The position numbers and the translations under genes were made by a program. From assembly GCA_965240325.2 (NCBI GenBank), contig OZ251242.1:1054001-1118000 (forward strand): a stretch of DNA of 64,000 nucleotides, in the 5' to 3' direction. Under the pieces are notes generated by a model, which saw nothing but the letters and a program-made list of their open reading frames with translations, did not search any database and was not told where the DNA came from. How positions within the stretch are numbered: the first letter of the stretch is position 1; each line of letters opens with the position of its first letter. Shown here piece after piece: positions 1 through 9,896 of this stretch. The DNA comes from Rebecca billardiae RCC1528. Lineage: Eukaryota > Protista > Haptophyta.

Positions 1-232
1 GCGCGTACGCCACCGTCACGGCCGGTCGCCACGCCTCGCCGGCCGACGGCGGGAATCGGCCCTCCATCGTGGGAGTCCGGAGCTGGGCTGCGGGCTGCGG
101 CCTGCGTGGCCACCGGACATGCGTTTGCGGCCTTCGAGGTTGCGCACAGTCGCGCACTAGACAACCCCGTCCTGCCTTGGCTCGTGGCCCTCGCCGAACC
201 GCGCTCGTACGACGACGCAGACGCAGACCGTG

Positions 233-3200
233 ATGGACACGATCGAGGGCGCGTGGGTGAGCGAGCTTCACCGCACCGGCGGCCACTTCGAGTTCGAGAC
301 ACTGCCGCGCTGGGCCGTCATCTGCGGGCAGGCGGCGCGCGTTCGGTGCGTGCTCGGCGCGCCCGGCTTGCTGCACGAGGCGCTCGGTGGCGCGGGCGCG
401 GAGGCGGCCGCCCTCGGCCGCGCGGACGAAGCGCTGAAGGGGCTTCTCGACAGCGAGACGAGCTCCCGCACCAGCCCAATCGACTCGCGCTGGGCGCTCG
501 AGCTCGCGCGCAAGCTCGCGAGCGCCTGCCCGCCGTTTACGAGCGCGCGCATCGTCGCCGAGGCGGTGCGCGCGGGCGCGCGCGAGGCGGACGTGTACGA
601 AGGCGACTCTGCGACGGGGTCGACGAGTGTGGTCCTGCGCGACCGCGCGCACGTCGCGCACTCCTTCGAGGGCGAGCTCTTCGGCGCAGCGCAGCAGCTG
701 CACGGCATCACGTTCGTGGTCGACGCGACGCTGGGCTGCGCGGACGACGCTGCCGCGCTCGGCGGCGCCGTCGGCGGCGGCGGCGCGGAGGGCGCGAGCG
801 GCGGTGGCGGTGGCGGGTGCACGGGCGCGGCGGGCGCGCCGCACCCGCCCGCGGGCGCCCTCCCGCCCGTCGAGACGCTGCGCGCCGCGCTGCGCGAGGC
901 GGTTGGCGCGTACGACCGGCGCAACCTCGACGCCCACCCGGACTTCCGGACTCCGGCCCGGCCGCAGTCGACGTGCGAAGGGTTCGCGAGCGCGCTGCAC
1001 GCGCGGCTGCTCGCGCTGCTCGCGGACGGCCGGCTCGGGCCCGCGGCCGTGCCGTGGGTCTCGCTCCGCGTGCACGAGAGCGACGTGGCGAGTGTCGAGT
1101 ACACGCGCTACTCACATTACCCAGCTTACCCGGCTCAGCCGGCACCGAGCGCCGGCGCGGCCGAGGCCGATGGCGGCGCCGTGGCGGGTGGTGCGGCGGC
1201 GCGCGGCGCGCCGTTCGAGGCGTGGGGCGTGTGCGTGCGCGGCCGCGCGATGGTCGCGCGCTCGATCCCTCACGCCGAAGCGGCGCGCGCCCCCGCGGCG
1301 GGCGGCGGCGGCGGCGCGGCCGCGGCCGACGGTCCGCACCGAGCCGCCGCCGGAGCCTCACCGGACTCGCCGGACATCTTCGGGCACACGCTGCTGGTGG
1401 ACGTGACGGTGAGCGGGCGCGCGCTCAAGCCGACGTTCGGCTTCCTCATTGACATCTGCGCGCTCGAGGCCCTGGTCTCCTCCACGCTAGAGCGAGAGTA
1501 CCACAATCGGGACGTGAACGCTCTGCCTCAGTTTGTGTGCGCCGAGGCGGCGGCGGTGGCGGCGGCGGCGGCGCAGCCGGGGTCGGGGGCGGCGGGGTCG
1601 CCCCCGCGTGCGCACGCCGAGGCGGCGGCGCAGCCCGGGTCGGCGAGCGCCGCGCGCGCGACGGCCGTCACCAGCTCGCAGCTTGCCGCCGACATCTGGG
1701 CCCGGCTGCTGACAGCCATGCCGGACGGGGAGCGCGGGCAGGTGCTGCACATGCGCGTGCGCGTGTGCGACTCGGAGCTGGCGGACGCGGGCGCGGTGGA
1801 GTTCAGCGCGGCCGTGTGCCCCGAGCCGGCCGAGTGCGCGCTCGGCGCGCATGCCGGCGCCGGCGCGGCCGCGCACGCGCCGAGCGCGGCGGCGCGCCTC
1901 GACGAGCGGTGCGCACACCCCCACGGCGCCGGCGCCGCGCTCTCGCGCGGCCACCCTGCGGTCCTGATCGATGCTCGGCTGCTCCTGCCGCCGCCCGGTG
2001 TGCGCCCGCCGGGCGGCGGCGGCGGCGGCGGCGGCGCGGGCGCGGACGAGGTGAGCTCAACCGGCATGCACCATCGGGTCGGCCTCGCGCGGCTGCTGCG
2101 CGCTCTGCCGGTCGCGCGCGCCGTCGTGCACGTGCCCGCGCCGCTGCCGCCGCCGTCGGCCGGCGGCGGCGGGCAGGCTGGTGCCGCCGCCGGCGCGGCG
2201 TCGCAGCCGGCACCGCCGCCGCCGCCCGCGGAGACCGCCGCCATCCGCGCCGAGCACGCGCTCGCGCTGGAGCGCGCGGGCGTCGGCGACGCCGACATCG
2301 GCGGCTGGTCAGCATCTGTTGATGCGCTGCAGCCGAGCGCGGAGGAGTGGGCGGCGGCGGCAGCGGGTGGCGCCGGGGCGGCCGCGCCGGCGCCCTCGGC
2401 GCACGCGGCCGCGCTGCAGGTGCTCCGCGCGCGCGTGGCGGCGGCGTTCCCCGCCGCCGCGCACGCCGCCGCGCAGCGCCCGGCGCACAGCGTGACGGCG
2501 CCGGCCGCGCCCGGCGATGGCGGTTGGCGCTTCTCGCGATTGCTGCTCGTCACCGAGGACGCGGCCCTCGCGCGCGCGCTCGACGGCGTGGCGGAGTGGC
2601 TGGATCCGTCGGCGAGCGCGCTCGGCGGCGGCGCCGGCGCCGACGGCGAGGAGGAGGGCGGCACGCGCGACGCGCTCGCGCCCGCGCAGCGCGTGTGCAT
2701 CGCCCTGTTGCGTGCACTCTGCTGCGAGCCGGCGCCGGCGCGGCGCGACGCGGCCGCGCCCTCCGCCGCCGCCGCGTACCTCCTAGCGAAGGCGGACGTC
2801 GACCGGCGCGCTCGGCACAGCGGCGTGGAGCTGAGCCTGGCACACGCGCTGGCGGGCGCGAAGGCGGCGCCGCCGCCGCCGCCGTCAGCGACGCCGCCGC
2901 CGCCGCCGACTGCCGGCAGCGCGGCCGTGACAGTTCTCGATCTGGGGGCCGGGGCGCTCTCCATGGCCCTGCCTCTGGCACACGTGGTCATCCAGGCGCG
3001 CGCGCTCGCGCCAGACGGCGGCGTGGGCGCGACCCTCCTCTACCTCGCCGTCGAGGCGCTGGACGAGCTGGCGACGGCGGGCGCGCGCGCGCTCGAGGCG
3101 AGCGTCGCGCGCGCGGCCGGCGCGGCCGGCGCGGCGGGCGCGGCCGGTGCGGCTGCTGGGCGCAAGGCGGAGGCAGCGCGGCTGCTGAGCGGCGGTGGGA

Positions 3201-5365
3201 TGGACGCGGCGCGTGAGCAGCTCGCGCGGGTGGCGGCGGCGCTCACGCACGGCGCGGCCGCGCCCGCCGCGCGCGCCGCGCTCGACGCCTCGGCGGTGTG
3301 CCCGGTGCGGATGTCGGGCTGGGTGCCTGCGAGTGCGGCGGCAAGCATGGCCGCCGCCGGCGCGGCGCTGGGTGTCACGGCGGCTGGCGCGGGCGCGCGC
3401 GCGGATGCCGCCGAGTCGGGTGTCTGGGTTGAGCTGGCGGTGCTGCGAGCGGACGCGATGAGCGCGCACTGCACGGCCGAGGCGCTCGAGCCAGTCTGGC
3501 GCGAGCTCGCGCGCGCGGCGGCCGCCGCCACCGCGCCGCCGCCGGCCGCCGCCGCCGCCGCCCCGAGCCCGGCGCGTGCAGACGTCGTCGTCGGCTGCGG
3601 CTTCGCCGATCTTTTCGAGCCTTGCGCACTCGCCTCGCAGCTGCACGCGCTCGCGCCCGGCGCGCTGTGCTACCTGCCCATCACCTTCGACGGGCGCACG
3701 TGGCTCGAGCCCGGTGTCGAGCCGGCTTCGCGCCCGGCCGCCGCACCCGCACCCGGCGGCGGCGCGGGCGCGCCGGCCGACGGCGGCGCGGGCGCGCCGG
3801 CCGACGGCGGCGCGGGCGCGCCGGCCGGCGGCGGCGCGGGCGCGCCGGGCGGCGGCGCGCGTGTCCCATCGGACGCGCGGCTGTTTGAGTGCTACCACGC
3901 GCACCTGGTGGAGGCGGAGGGGCAGTTCATCCGGAGCGGCGCGGTGTGCCGCGCGCTGCGCGAGCTGGGAGCGCGCGAGCTCGCGCGCGGGCCGTCGGAC
4001 TGGGCGATCGCGCCGCCGCGCTCGCTCGAGGGCGCGCACGCGCCGATGTGGCGCGCGATGCTTCGCTTCTTGGCGCGCGGCGCGGCGGCTCGGCTCTGGC
4101 CGCTGTGGTCGTTCGGCGCGTGGCGCGCGCGCGTCGAGGCCGCGCAGCCCACGATCTGCGCGGCGAACGAGGACCTACTGCTGATGCTTGGCGATGCGAC
4201 CGGCTCGGGCGCGGAGCGAGGGACCGCCGCCGCCGCGCCCGCCGGCGTGGCTGCCTCGCGCGCCCCGCACGCGACGCCCTCCGCCCTGTTCCGAGCCCTT
4301 GTCTTCGAGGCGCCGCGCACGCTGCGGACCGAGTGGCGCGCGGCGCCGCACCGAGCGTGCATCCCGCCCGGCCAGCTGTGCGTGCGCGCCGAGGCGTCGC
4401 TCATATCCTCCGGCACCGAGCTCAAGTTCTTCCGAGGCGACTTCCTCCGTGACGAGACCGACGAAACCGACGGAGCCGGCGGAGACGGCGGCGCGCCGCT
4501 CGACTCGACGATCGCCGGCATGGGCGGCGCGCCCGCGTACCCGCTTGAGTACGGGTACTCGCTCGTTGGGACGGTGGTGGCGGTGGGGCCGGGCGTGCCC
4601 GCCACGCGCATCGGCGAGCGCGTCTTCGCCTTCCACGCGCACTCGAGCTGCGCATGCGTCGGAGCGGACGCGGCGCTGCGCGTGCCGCGCGGCCTCGCGC
4701 CGTCTGACGCTGTCTACTTGCCCGCCGCCGAAACCGCGCTCAGCATCGCGCACGACGCGCACGCGCGCGCCGGCGAGCGCGTGCTCGTGCTCGGGCTCGG
4801 GCTGATCGGGCTGATGGTGAGCGCGACGCTCGCGCGCACGGCGGGCGCGCTCGGCGTCGTGCATGCCGTGGACCCGCTGCCGCGCCGCCGCGCGCTCGCG
4901 CGCTCTCTCGGCGCGCACGAGGCGATGCCGCCAGGCGAGGCGCGCGCCGCCGACTACGACGTCACCATCGAAGTCTCCGGGAGCGCGCGCGCGCTGCAGG
5001 CGGCGGTCGACTGCGCGCGCGACGGCGGCCGCGTCGTCGTCGCGTCGTGGTACTCGGGCGCCGCGCCGCTGCACCTCGGCACGCGCTACCACCGCTCGCA
5101 TCTCACCATCGTCGCGTCTCAAGTGTCTGAGCTGCCGGCCGCCGTGCGCGGCACCTGGGACAAGGGCCGGCGCTTCGAGGCGGCGTGGCGGCTGCTCGCG
5201 GACCTCGGGCCCTCGTCGCAGCTCACCACCCTGCGCGTGCCGCTGCCGCGCGCGCACGAGGCGTTCGGCGCGCTCGACGCCGGGCGAGAGGTCGTGGCCG
5301 AGATTGCGTACGGCCACGACGACTGGCGCGACGCTGCTGATGACGAGCGCCAGCAGCCCGAATGA
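233..5365 (+). CDS. Multidomain fusion: two tandem 6-pyruvoyl-tetrahydropterin synthase/QueD-like T-fold domains + class I SAM methyltransferase + MDR (zinc-binding dehydrogenase family) domain; 5' end possibly incomplete
   Basis: One uninterrupted ORF of ~1710 aa. QueD-like 1 (~626-1110): VVLRDRAHVAHSFEGELFGAAQQLHGITFVVD..YDRRNLD..TCE..VHESDVASVEY. Degenerate QueD-like 2 (~1223-1810): GHTLLVDVTVSG..FGFLIDI..YHNRDVN. MTase (~2777-4190): YLLAKADVDRRA, VLDLGAG, YLPITFDG, GPSDW. Dehydrogenase (~4286-5312): ISSGTE, YGYSLVG, GLGLIG, SWYSG..LG..YHRS..SQVS. An in-frame TAG at 158-160 and CAG acceptors at ~220/226 leave upstream exons possible. Confidence 0.85.
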   Translation: MDTIEGAWVSELHRTGGHFEFETLPRWAVICGQAARVRCVLGAPGLLHEALGGAGAEAAALGRADEALKGLLDSETSSRTSPIDSRWALELARKLASACPPFTSARIVAEAVRAGAREADVYEGDSATGSTSVVLRDRAHVAHSFEGELFGAAQQLHGITFVVDATLGCADDAAALGGAVGGGGAEGASGGGGGGCTGAAGAPHPPAGALPPVETLRAALREAVGAYDRRNLDAHPDFRTPARPQSTCEGFASALHARLLALLADGRLGPAAVPWVSLRVHESDVASVEYTRYSHYPAYPAQPAPSAGAAEADGGAVAGGAAARGAPFEAWGVCVRGRAMVARSIPHAEAARAPAAGGGGGAAAADGPHRAAAGASPDSPDIFGHTLLVDVTVSGRALKPTFGFLIDICALEALVSSTLEREYHNRDVNALPQFVCAEAAAVAAAAAQPGSGAAGSPPRAHAEAAAQPGSASAARATAVTSSQLAADIWARLLTAMPDGERGQVLHMRVRVCDSELADAGAVEFSAAVCPEPAECALGAHAGAGAAAHAPSAAARLDERCAHPHGAGAALSRGHPAVLIDARLLLPPPGVRPPGGGGGGGGAGADEVSSTGMHHRVGLARLLRALPVARAVVHVPAPLPPPSAGGGGQAGAAAGAASQPAPPPPPAETAAIRAEHALALERAGVGDADIGGWSASVDALQPSAEEWAAAAAGGAGAAAPAPSAHAAALQVLRARVAAAFPAAAHAAAQRPAHSVTAPAAPGDGGWRFSRLLLVTEDAALARALDGVAEWLDPSASALGGGAGADGEEEGGTRDALAPAQRVCIALLRALCCEPAPARRDAAAPSAAAAYLLAKADVDRRARHSGVELSLAHALAGAKAAPPPPPSATPPPPPTAGSAAVTVLDLGAGALSMALPLAHVVIQARALAPDGGVGATLLYLAVEALDELATAGARALEASVARAAGAAGAAGAAGAAAGRKAEAARLLSGGGMDAAREQLARVAAALTHGAAAPAARAALDASAVCPVRMSGWVPASAAASMAAAGAALGVTAAGAGARADAAESGVWVELAVLRADAMSAHCTAEALEPVWRELARAAAAATAPPPAAAAAAPSPARADVVVGCGFADLFEPCALASQLHALAPGALCYLPITFDGRTWLEPGVEPASRPAAAPAPGGGAGAPADGGAGAPADGGAGAPAGGGAGAPGGGARVPSDARLFECYHAHLVEAEGQFIRSGAVCRALRELGARELARGPSDWAIAPPRSLEGAHAPMWRAMLRFLARGAAARLWPLWSFGAWRARVEAAQPTICAANEDLLLMLGDATGSGAERGTAAAAPAGVAASRAPHATPSALFRALVFEAPRTLRTEWRAAPHRACIPPGQLCVRAEASLISSGTELKFFRGDFLRDETDETDGAGGDGGAPLDSTIAGMGGAPAYPLEYGYSLVGTVVAVGPGVPATRIGERVFAFHAHSSCACVGADAALRVPRGLAPSDAVYLPAAETALSIAHDAHARAGERVLVLGLGLIGLMVSATLARTAGALGVVHAVDPLPRRRALARSLGAHEAMPPGEARAADYDVTIEVSGSARALQAAVDCARDGGRVVVASWYSGAAPLHLGTRYHRSHLTIVASQVSELPAAVRGTWDKGRRFEAAWRLLADLGPSSQLTTLRVPLPRAHEAFGALDAGREVVAEIAYGHDDWRDAADDERQQPE

Positions 5366-6235
5366 TCGTCTGGACACTCTGACAGTGCGGGCGTGTGACC
5401 TAGCTGCTGATCATGACTATGCTACTGTGAGGAGGTCGTCATCATATCAACATCAATCCGAGCGCATTGTCAATATATATAAGTTATTATATATTTGAAG
5501 TTAAATGATGATGGCATATATCGTCACTCCATACGTCAAAATTCAAATAATCCGTCCGGCCAGTGGCCAGAGCAGTCAGTGAGAGCTCCGCCCTGCCATC
5601 AACGATGAATAGGCGATCACTGTCGTCCACTGTGTGGACTAGATTATGCTGATGATATATTGTTTCCAACAAACCACTCTGGACCCCTGTCTTTCTGGGT
5701 ACGAGTGCTCATTGGGATATAACAGAGATGCGGGGCTTCGGGCGGCACCAAGTCCAAGCCGCTAGCTGCCCGATCCACCGCCGCGTATCGGCGTGGCAGC
5801 AGCGACTGCCCGCGACTGGGTCTCAGGTCTGGAGCCGCCCGTCGATCGGCACAGGCGAAGATGCGGTGTCCGCGCGCCTGGGCCTGGCCTTGGATCCTGG
5901 CTTCCTGTGGCCAGCGATCCGGCTGGTGCGAAGCTGATAGAGGACGTCGTCTGCGGCCTCTGGCACTCCGGCTGCGGATTAGACATTAGTTATTTAGTCA
6001 GCTGCCGCGAGCCTGCGGTCGTTATCGCATCGTCAGCATATGATGGCACCATAATATGGCCGCGACGCCTCATGCCTCACCACGCCGGCCGCCGGGTAGC
6101 GGGCGCTGCTGCATTACTAGTAATGGCATTAGGCTAACTAACTAGTAACTACTGCGTCTCTTATTCTTGGTAGTAGTAAACTGTACTGATGATGACTGGG
6201 ATGCCCCGCCGCCGGGCGACAAGCTGCGCCGCACG

Positions 6236-6964
6236 ATGGCGCCCTCCGCTCATCATCTTCTGAGCCCGCTGGCCATTGTGGTCTCGCTATGCTCGTCGCC
6301 GGATCGGAATCCCGCCGCGACCGCGTTCGATCTACGCCTTGCGATGCACCTGGGCGAGTCGCTCGATCGGCTCGTCGGCTCCCGTGCGGAGAAGGTGCTG
6401 CTTGTCTCCGGAGTGGACGTGTCCTCGCCTGCGCTCGCGCGCAGCCTCTCTCACTTTGACCGCGTCGTGAGTGTGGAGAGGTCCACGCTGGCGCTGGGTG
6501 TGCGGACGAAGCGCGATAGACGGCGGTTCTGGCCGCTGAACAACGCCACCTTCTTGCGCCCGGACGGCGTCTGCTCGACGCTCAAACTGCATGCGTGGAA
6601 TCTGACGCAGTATGCGGCGGTGCTGGTGCAGGGCACCGACCTCTGCCTGCTCGAGGACCCGCTGCCGTGGATGCGCACGATGCTGGCGAAAGACGGGTAT
6701 TTCTACGCGCCGCTTGAGACCCGCCGGTCTGTACCGGCGAGGGCGCACGACGGCCTCTCCGACCGGCTCATCTTCACGCGGCCGGATGCGCTGGTCTTCC
6801 AAGTGCTCAAGGACAACGCAAAGACGGGCGACAACATGCCGTTTGCCAACAGCGTGGCGGATGTGCTCGAGACGGCGCTGCCTGTACATCTGCCGCACGA
6901 GGAGATGCCGCGCCACCTACACACGGACAAGCTGCGCGATTTGCTAGGTGGCTACTGCCCGTAG
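6236..6964 (+). CDS. Glycosyltransferase family 8 (glycogenin-like) protein with degenerate DxD motif
   Basis: TLKLHAWNLTQYAAVLVQGTDLCLLEDP matches the GT8 KL..W.LT.Y..V.xLDxD signature. Hydrophobic N-terminus. ATG at 6236. Confidence 0.6.
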   Translation: MAPSAHHLLSPLAIVVSLCSSPDRNPAATAFDLRLAMHLGESLDRLVGSRAEKVLLVSGVDVSSPALARSLSHFDRVVSVERSTLALGVRTKRDRRRFWPLNNATFLRPDGVCSTLKLHAWNLTQYAAVLVQGTDLCLLEDPLPWMRTMLAKDGYFYAPLETRRSVPARAHDGLSDRLIFTRPDALVFQVLKDNAKTGDNMPFANSVADVLETALPVHLPHEEMPRHLHTDKLRDLLGGYCP

Positions 6965-7285
6965 GTCCGTGCCGTAGGCGTAGGAAGCCGAACGTCGTCA
7001 GATAAACAACGACACAGACACAGTCTAAACACTGAGTGTGTCACACTCAGTCGACAGGCTCGCTCAGTGCGGCTCACCCGTCACCGGGAAACTTATTGTC
7101 GACCTCCGTCACCTTCACCTTGCCGTATCATACATAGGCTGTCCGACTCTACACTGCTGTAGCCAGCGCAGGGGGCCCGGACAGGCTACCGTCCTTGCAG
7201 GCTTGCACCCTCGCTCGTCACTCCTCGCCGGACTGAGCACGCACGGCTGGCACGGCGTCCTCCGTCCGGTCCAGCTTTTGCGTCC

Positions 7286-8314
7286 ATGGCTTCCGGTGCC
7301 GAGGAAGCGCGTGCGGGCGCGAACGGCATCCGCGTGCCGCTCGTCGACGCCGCAGCTGACGAGGTGCAGCGGCGGCCGTATGACAAGGAGGCGGCGATGC
7401 TCTTCAACAACATGCGGCTCCCCGCCGCCATCATCGCGGGCTCCATCCTACCGCTTGGCTTCGGATTTCCCCTGCCCATGCAGGGCGTGTCTTCTGGTGT
7501 GCAACAGGCGTGCGCGCGCGCACACATGCTGCTCGCGGTGATATCGCTCGGCGCAGAGCTCGTGGCCATCGTTTATGCGACCGTAGCGGTCAATAAGCTC
7601 ACCGAGACCACGGCAGTCCCGGCGACCTCGGTCATGATGCTGCTCGCGAGTGAGGTGCGCCGCGCATGCTGTGCACGCGCAACGAGCGGCAAGTCATTGC
7701 CAGCACGGACCTGGCTGACTCGCGGGCCCGCCCGGCTGCGTCTCCGCGCCAATGTCGATCGCAGTACGAGGCGTGGTGGCTTGGCTGCAACGTCATGTTT
7801 CTCATAGGTGCGTGCCGTGCAACCTGCTGCGTCAGAGCAACGCGCGTGCAGAGCGCTGATGCTGTTGACACTTCCTCTGCGCTCACCGCCTCACGCCTCG
7901 CGTGCTGCCCATCGCGCACCTTCGTCCACCGCGGCTCTGGCTGGCGCACGGGGTGGCCGATCAGGGCTCTACGGCGCGGCCGCCATGATTGCGCTGCGCG
8001 CTGCACTCGCGTTCGGCGTCAGCTTTGGCTTGGTGCCTGTGCTCGTGATGTCCTCGTGCGCGCTGCTCATGACTGCCATCGTGAACGAAGGGATCGCAAA
8101 GGGCGACGGCCGCCTGGGTGACGAAGGCGCGGGGAGTGGTACCTTTCGCTTTGGGAAGCACTTTGGTGGCATATTCCTGCGCTACGTGCGGCTGCTGATC
8201 GCGCGCGTCGCGCAACGCAGCGCTGTGTGCCTTGGCGCAGCGCTCACGTGCGCGCTCGCGGCGCTCATCTTAGGTATCTTCCGCGTCGGCCGGGATGATC
8301 TGCAATGGTGGTGA
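7286..8314 (+). CDS. Uncharacterised multi-pass membrane protein (3 exons: 7286-7654, 7765-7807, 7965-8314)
   Basis: GT-AG introns 7655-7764 and 7808-7964 join three ORF segments in frame (..LLASE|YEAWWLGCNVMFLIG|LYGAAAMIALRA..). About 5-6 hydrophobic helices. Confidence 0.65.
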
Positions 8315-8782
8315 CGAAGAGGTGGCCCTGACTTGGCGCGGGCTTTGAGAACACAGAAGGCGGCTCCATGAGGGCGTTTCCGTGCTGCTACTGCTGCATG
8401 TACCGATATGTGCAGCTGCCCGAGATGACGTTGGCACCGTAATTACCGCGACGAGCTTAAACAGTGCCCTGCTGGGGCCGGGCAATCAGATAAGATTGGC
8501 AATCAACTGCCCGGCGGGGAGTCCCTGACCCCGTAGGCCGTAGGCGGAGCCAGATCGTCGCGTACACTACGCTTACTTCGATCAGGATGGCCTGCGGCCG
8601 TCAGTGCTGCCGTGGACCGTGTGGGCCGGCATCCGACGCGGACGATGTCGATGGCCGACGATGACCTGGCTTCAGTCGTCCGGCCTTTGACAGTAATACT
8701 GCTATCAGTTCGGACCCGTGATGACTGATGGCGGCTCGGCCCGGCATTGCCATTAGTGCCCGGCGCATCGACCGGGTCCGCG

Positions 8783-9664
8783 TCACTCGGAGCGGCCATC
8801 AGCCTTGCTGGCATCTTCGTGGACTCTCGGCCGCTTGCGCGACTTGGCGCTGCCCGGCCGGAAGTACCGGTGTGTCTCAACATCGACGCCAGGCGCGTCG
8901 CGGAAAGTCACATTCAGCCGCGATGCGCCGAGCGTTGGCAGCAGATGTGCGGGACAAGTCCCTGCGTACACACGCTGCACAGTGTGATGCATGTAGCGCG
9001 CGGGGCCGCCGAAGAGCACAGCATCGCCCGACTCCAGACGTAGAGTGTGCATCTTTCCTGACGCCTCCAGCGCGCGGTGGCGTCTCAGGCTCCAGCCCTG
9101 GCAGAGTCGGAAGTCGCATGCCTCGCCGAGGGAGATCGATACGACCGGACGATCATTTCGCCCGTCGTTGGGCGCGTCGTCCTTGTGCCAGAAGATCTTG
9201 GGCTGTACGCGCTTCCCGTGGGAATAGTGGACGAGCAGTGCGTGGCTCGGCTCCATGCTGGGTACCGTCGACGACGCTCGTTGCGCCGTGCGCACAAGCG
9301 CGCTGCAGATGGCTGCCATCGGATCGGGGAAGGCGCCGATCGTGTCAAAGACGCGGCCGCGACCGGCGCCGGGCTTCGAGTTGGGAAGGCGCCGCACGGC
9401 GGTGTTGGCTTCACGATGCTCGTCGTAGAAGCCGAGGGGCGGTGTCGCGTGCCCGCGCCGCATGCCGACGGCAGCGAGCCATTGCTGCGCCGCCTCGTGC
9501 AGCGCACGGCGCACGACAACAAGGCCGTCCTCCAAGACCTCGACACGGTGTGCATCGCTCAGGCAGAGGACGCCAGTGGGATCAACGAGGGGAGGTGGAG
9601 GCAACAGTGGTGGTGTACTGCCTGCGGAGAACACGGGGTGCTCGAATGAGTGCTCGCCGCGCAT
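8783..9664 (-). CDS. AlkB-family 2OG-Fe(II) dioxygenase
   Basis: LLVHY..IFWHKDD (HxD), PVVSISLG, LESGDAVLFGG.ARYMHHTV (distal His), RLNVTFR (RxxxxxR). ATG 9664 chosen because the upstream ATG would overlap the divergent gene. Confidence 0.85.
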   Translation of the reverse strand: MRGEHSFEHPVFSAGSTPPLLPPPPLVDPTGVLCLSDAHRVEVLEDGLVVVRRALHEAAQQWLAAVGMRRGHATPPLGFYDEHREANTAVRRLPNSKPGAGRGRVFDTIGAFPDPMAAICSALVRTAQRASSTVPSMEPSHALLVHYSHGKRVQPKIFWHKDDAPNDGRNDRPVVSISLGEACDFRLCQGWSLRRHRALEASGKMHTLRLESGDAVLFGGPARYMHHTVQRVYAGTCPAHLLPTLGASRLNVTFRDAPGVDVETHRYFRPGSAKSRKRPRVHEDASKADGRSE

Positions 9665-9896
9665 GACGAAGAGCGTTGTGGAAGCTTGTGGCCGGGGCGC
9701 TCGCGCCTGCGAACAGCCGTGTTGGCCTGTTGCGTGATGGACTGACGGCCCCCCCCCGCCGTTCCGCCTCCTCAGTCCGGAGCGAAGTCCAAGTCCGGCT
9801 GCAGGGCTCGCGCTGTCGCGCCTGGTCGTTGGAGAGCTTGGGAGCAGGTCGCGGCGTTCAACTCGAGCCTCGCCGCGGGTGGCCGGGCTGAGCTGC

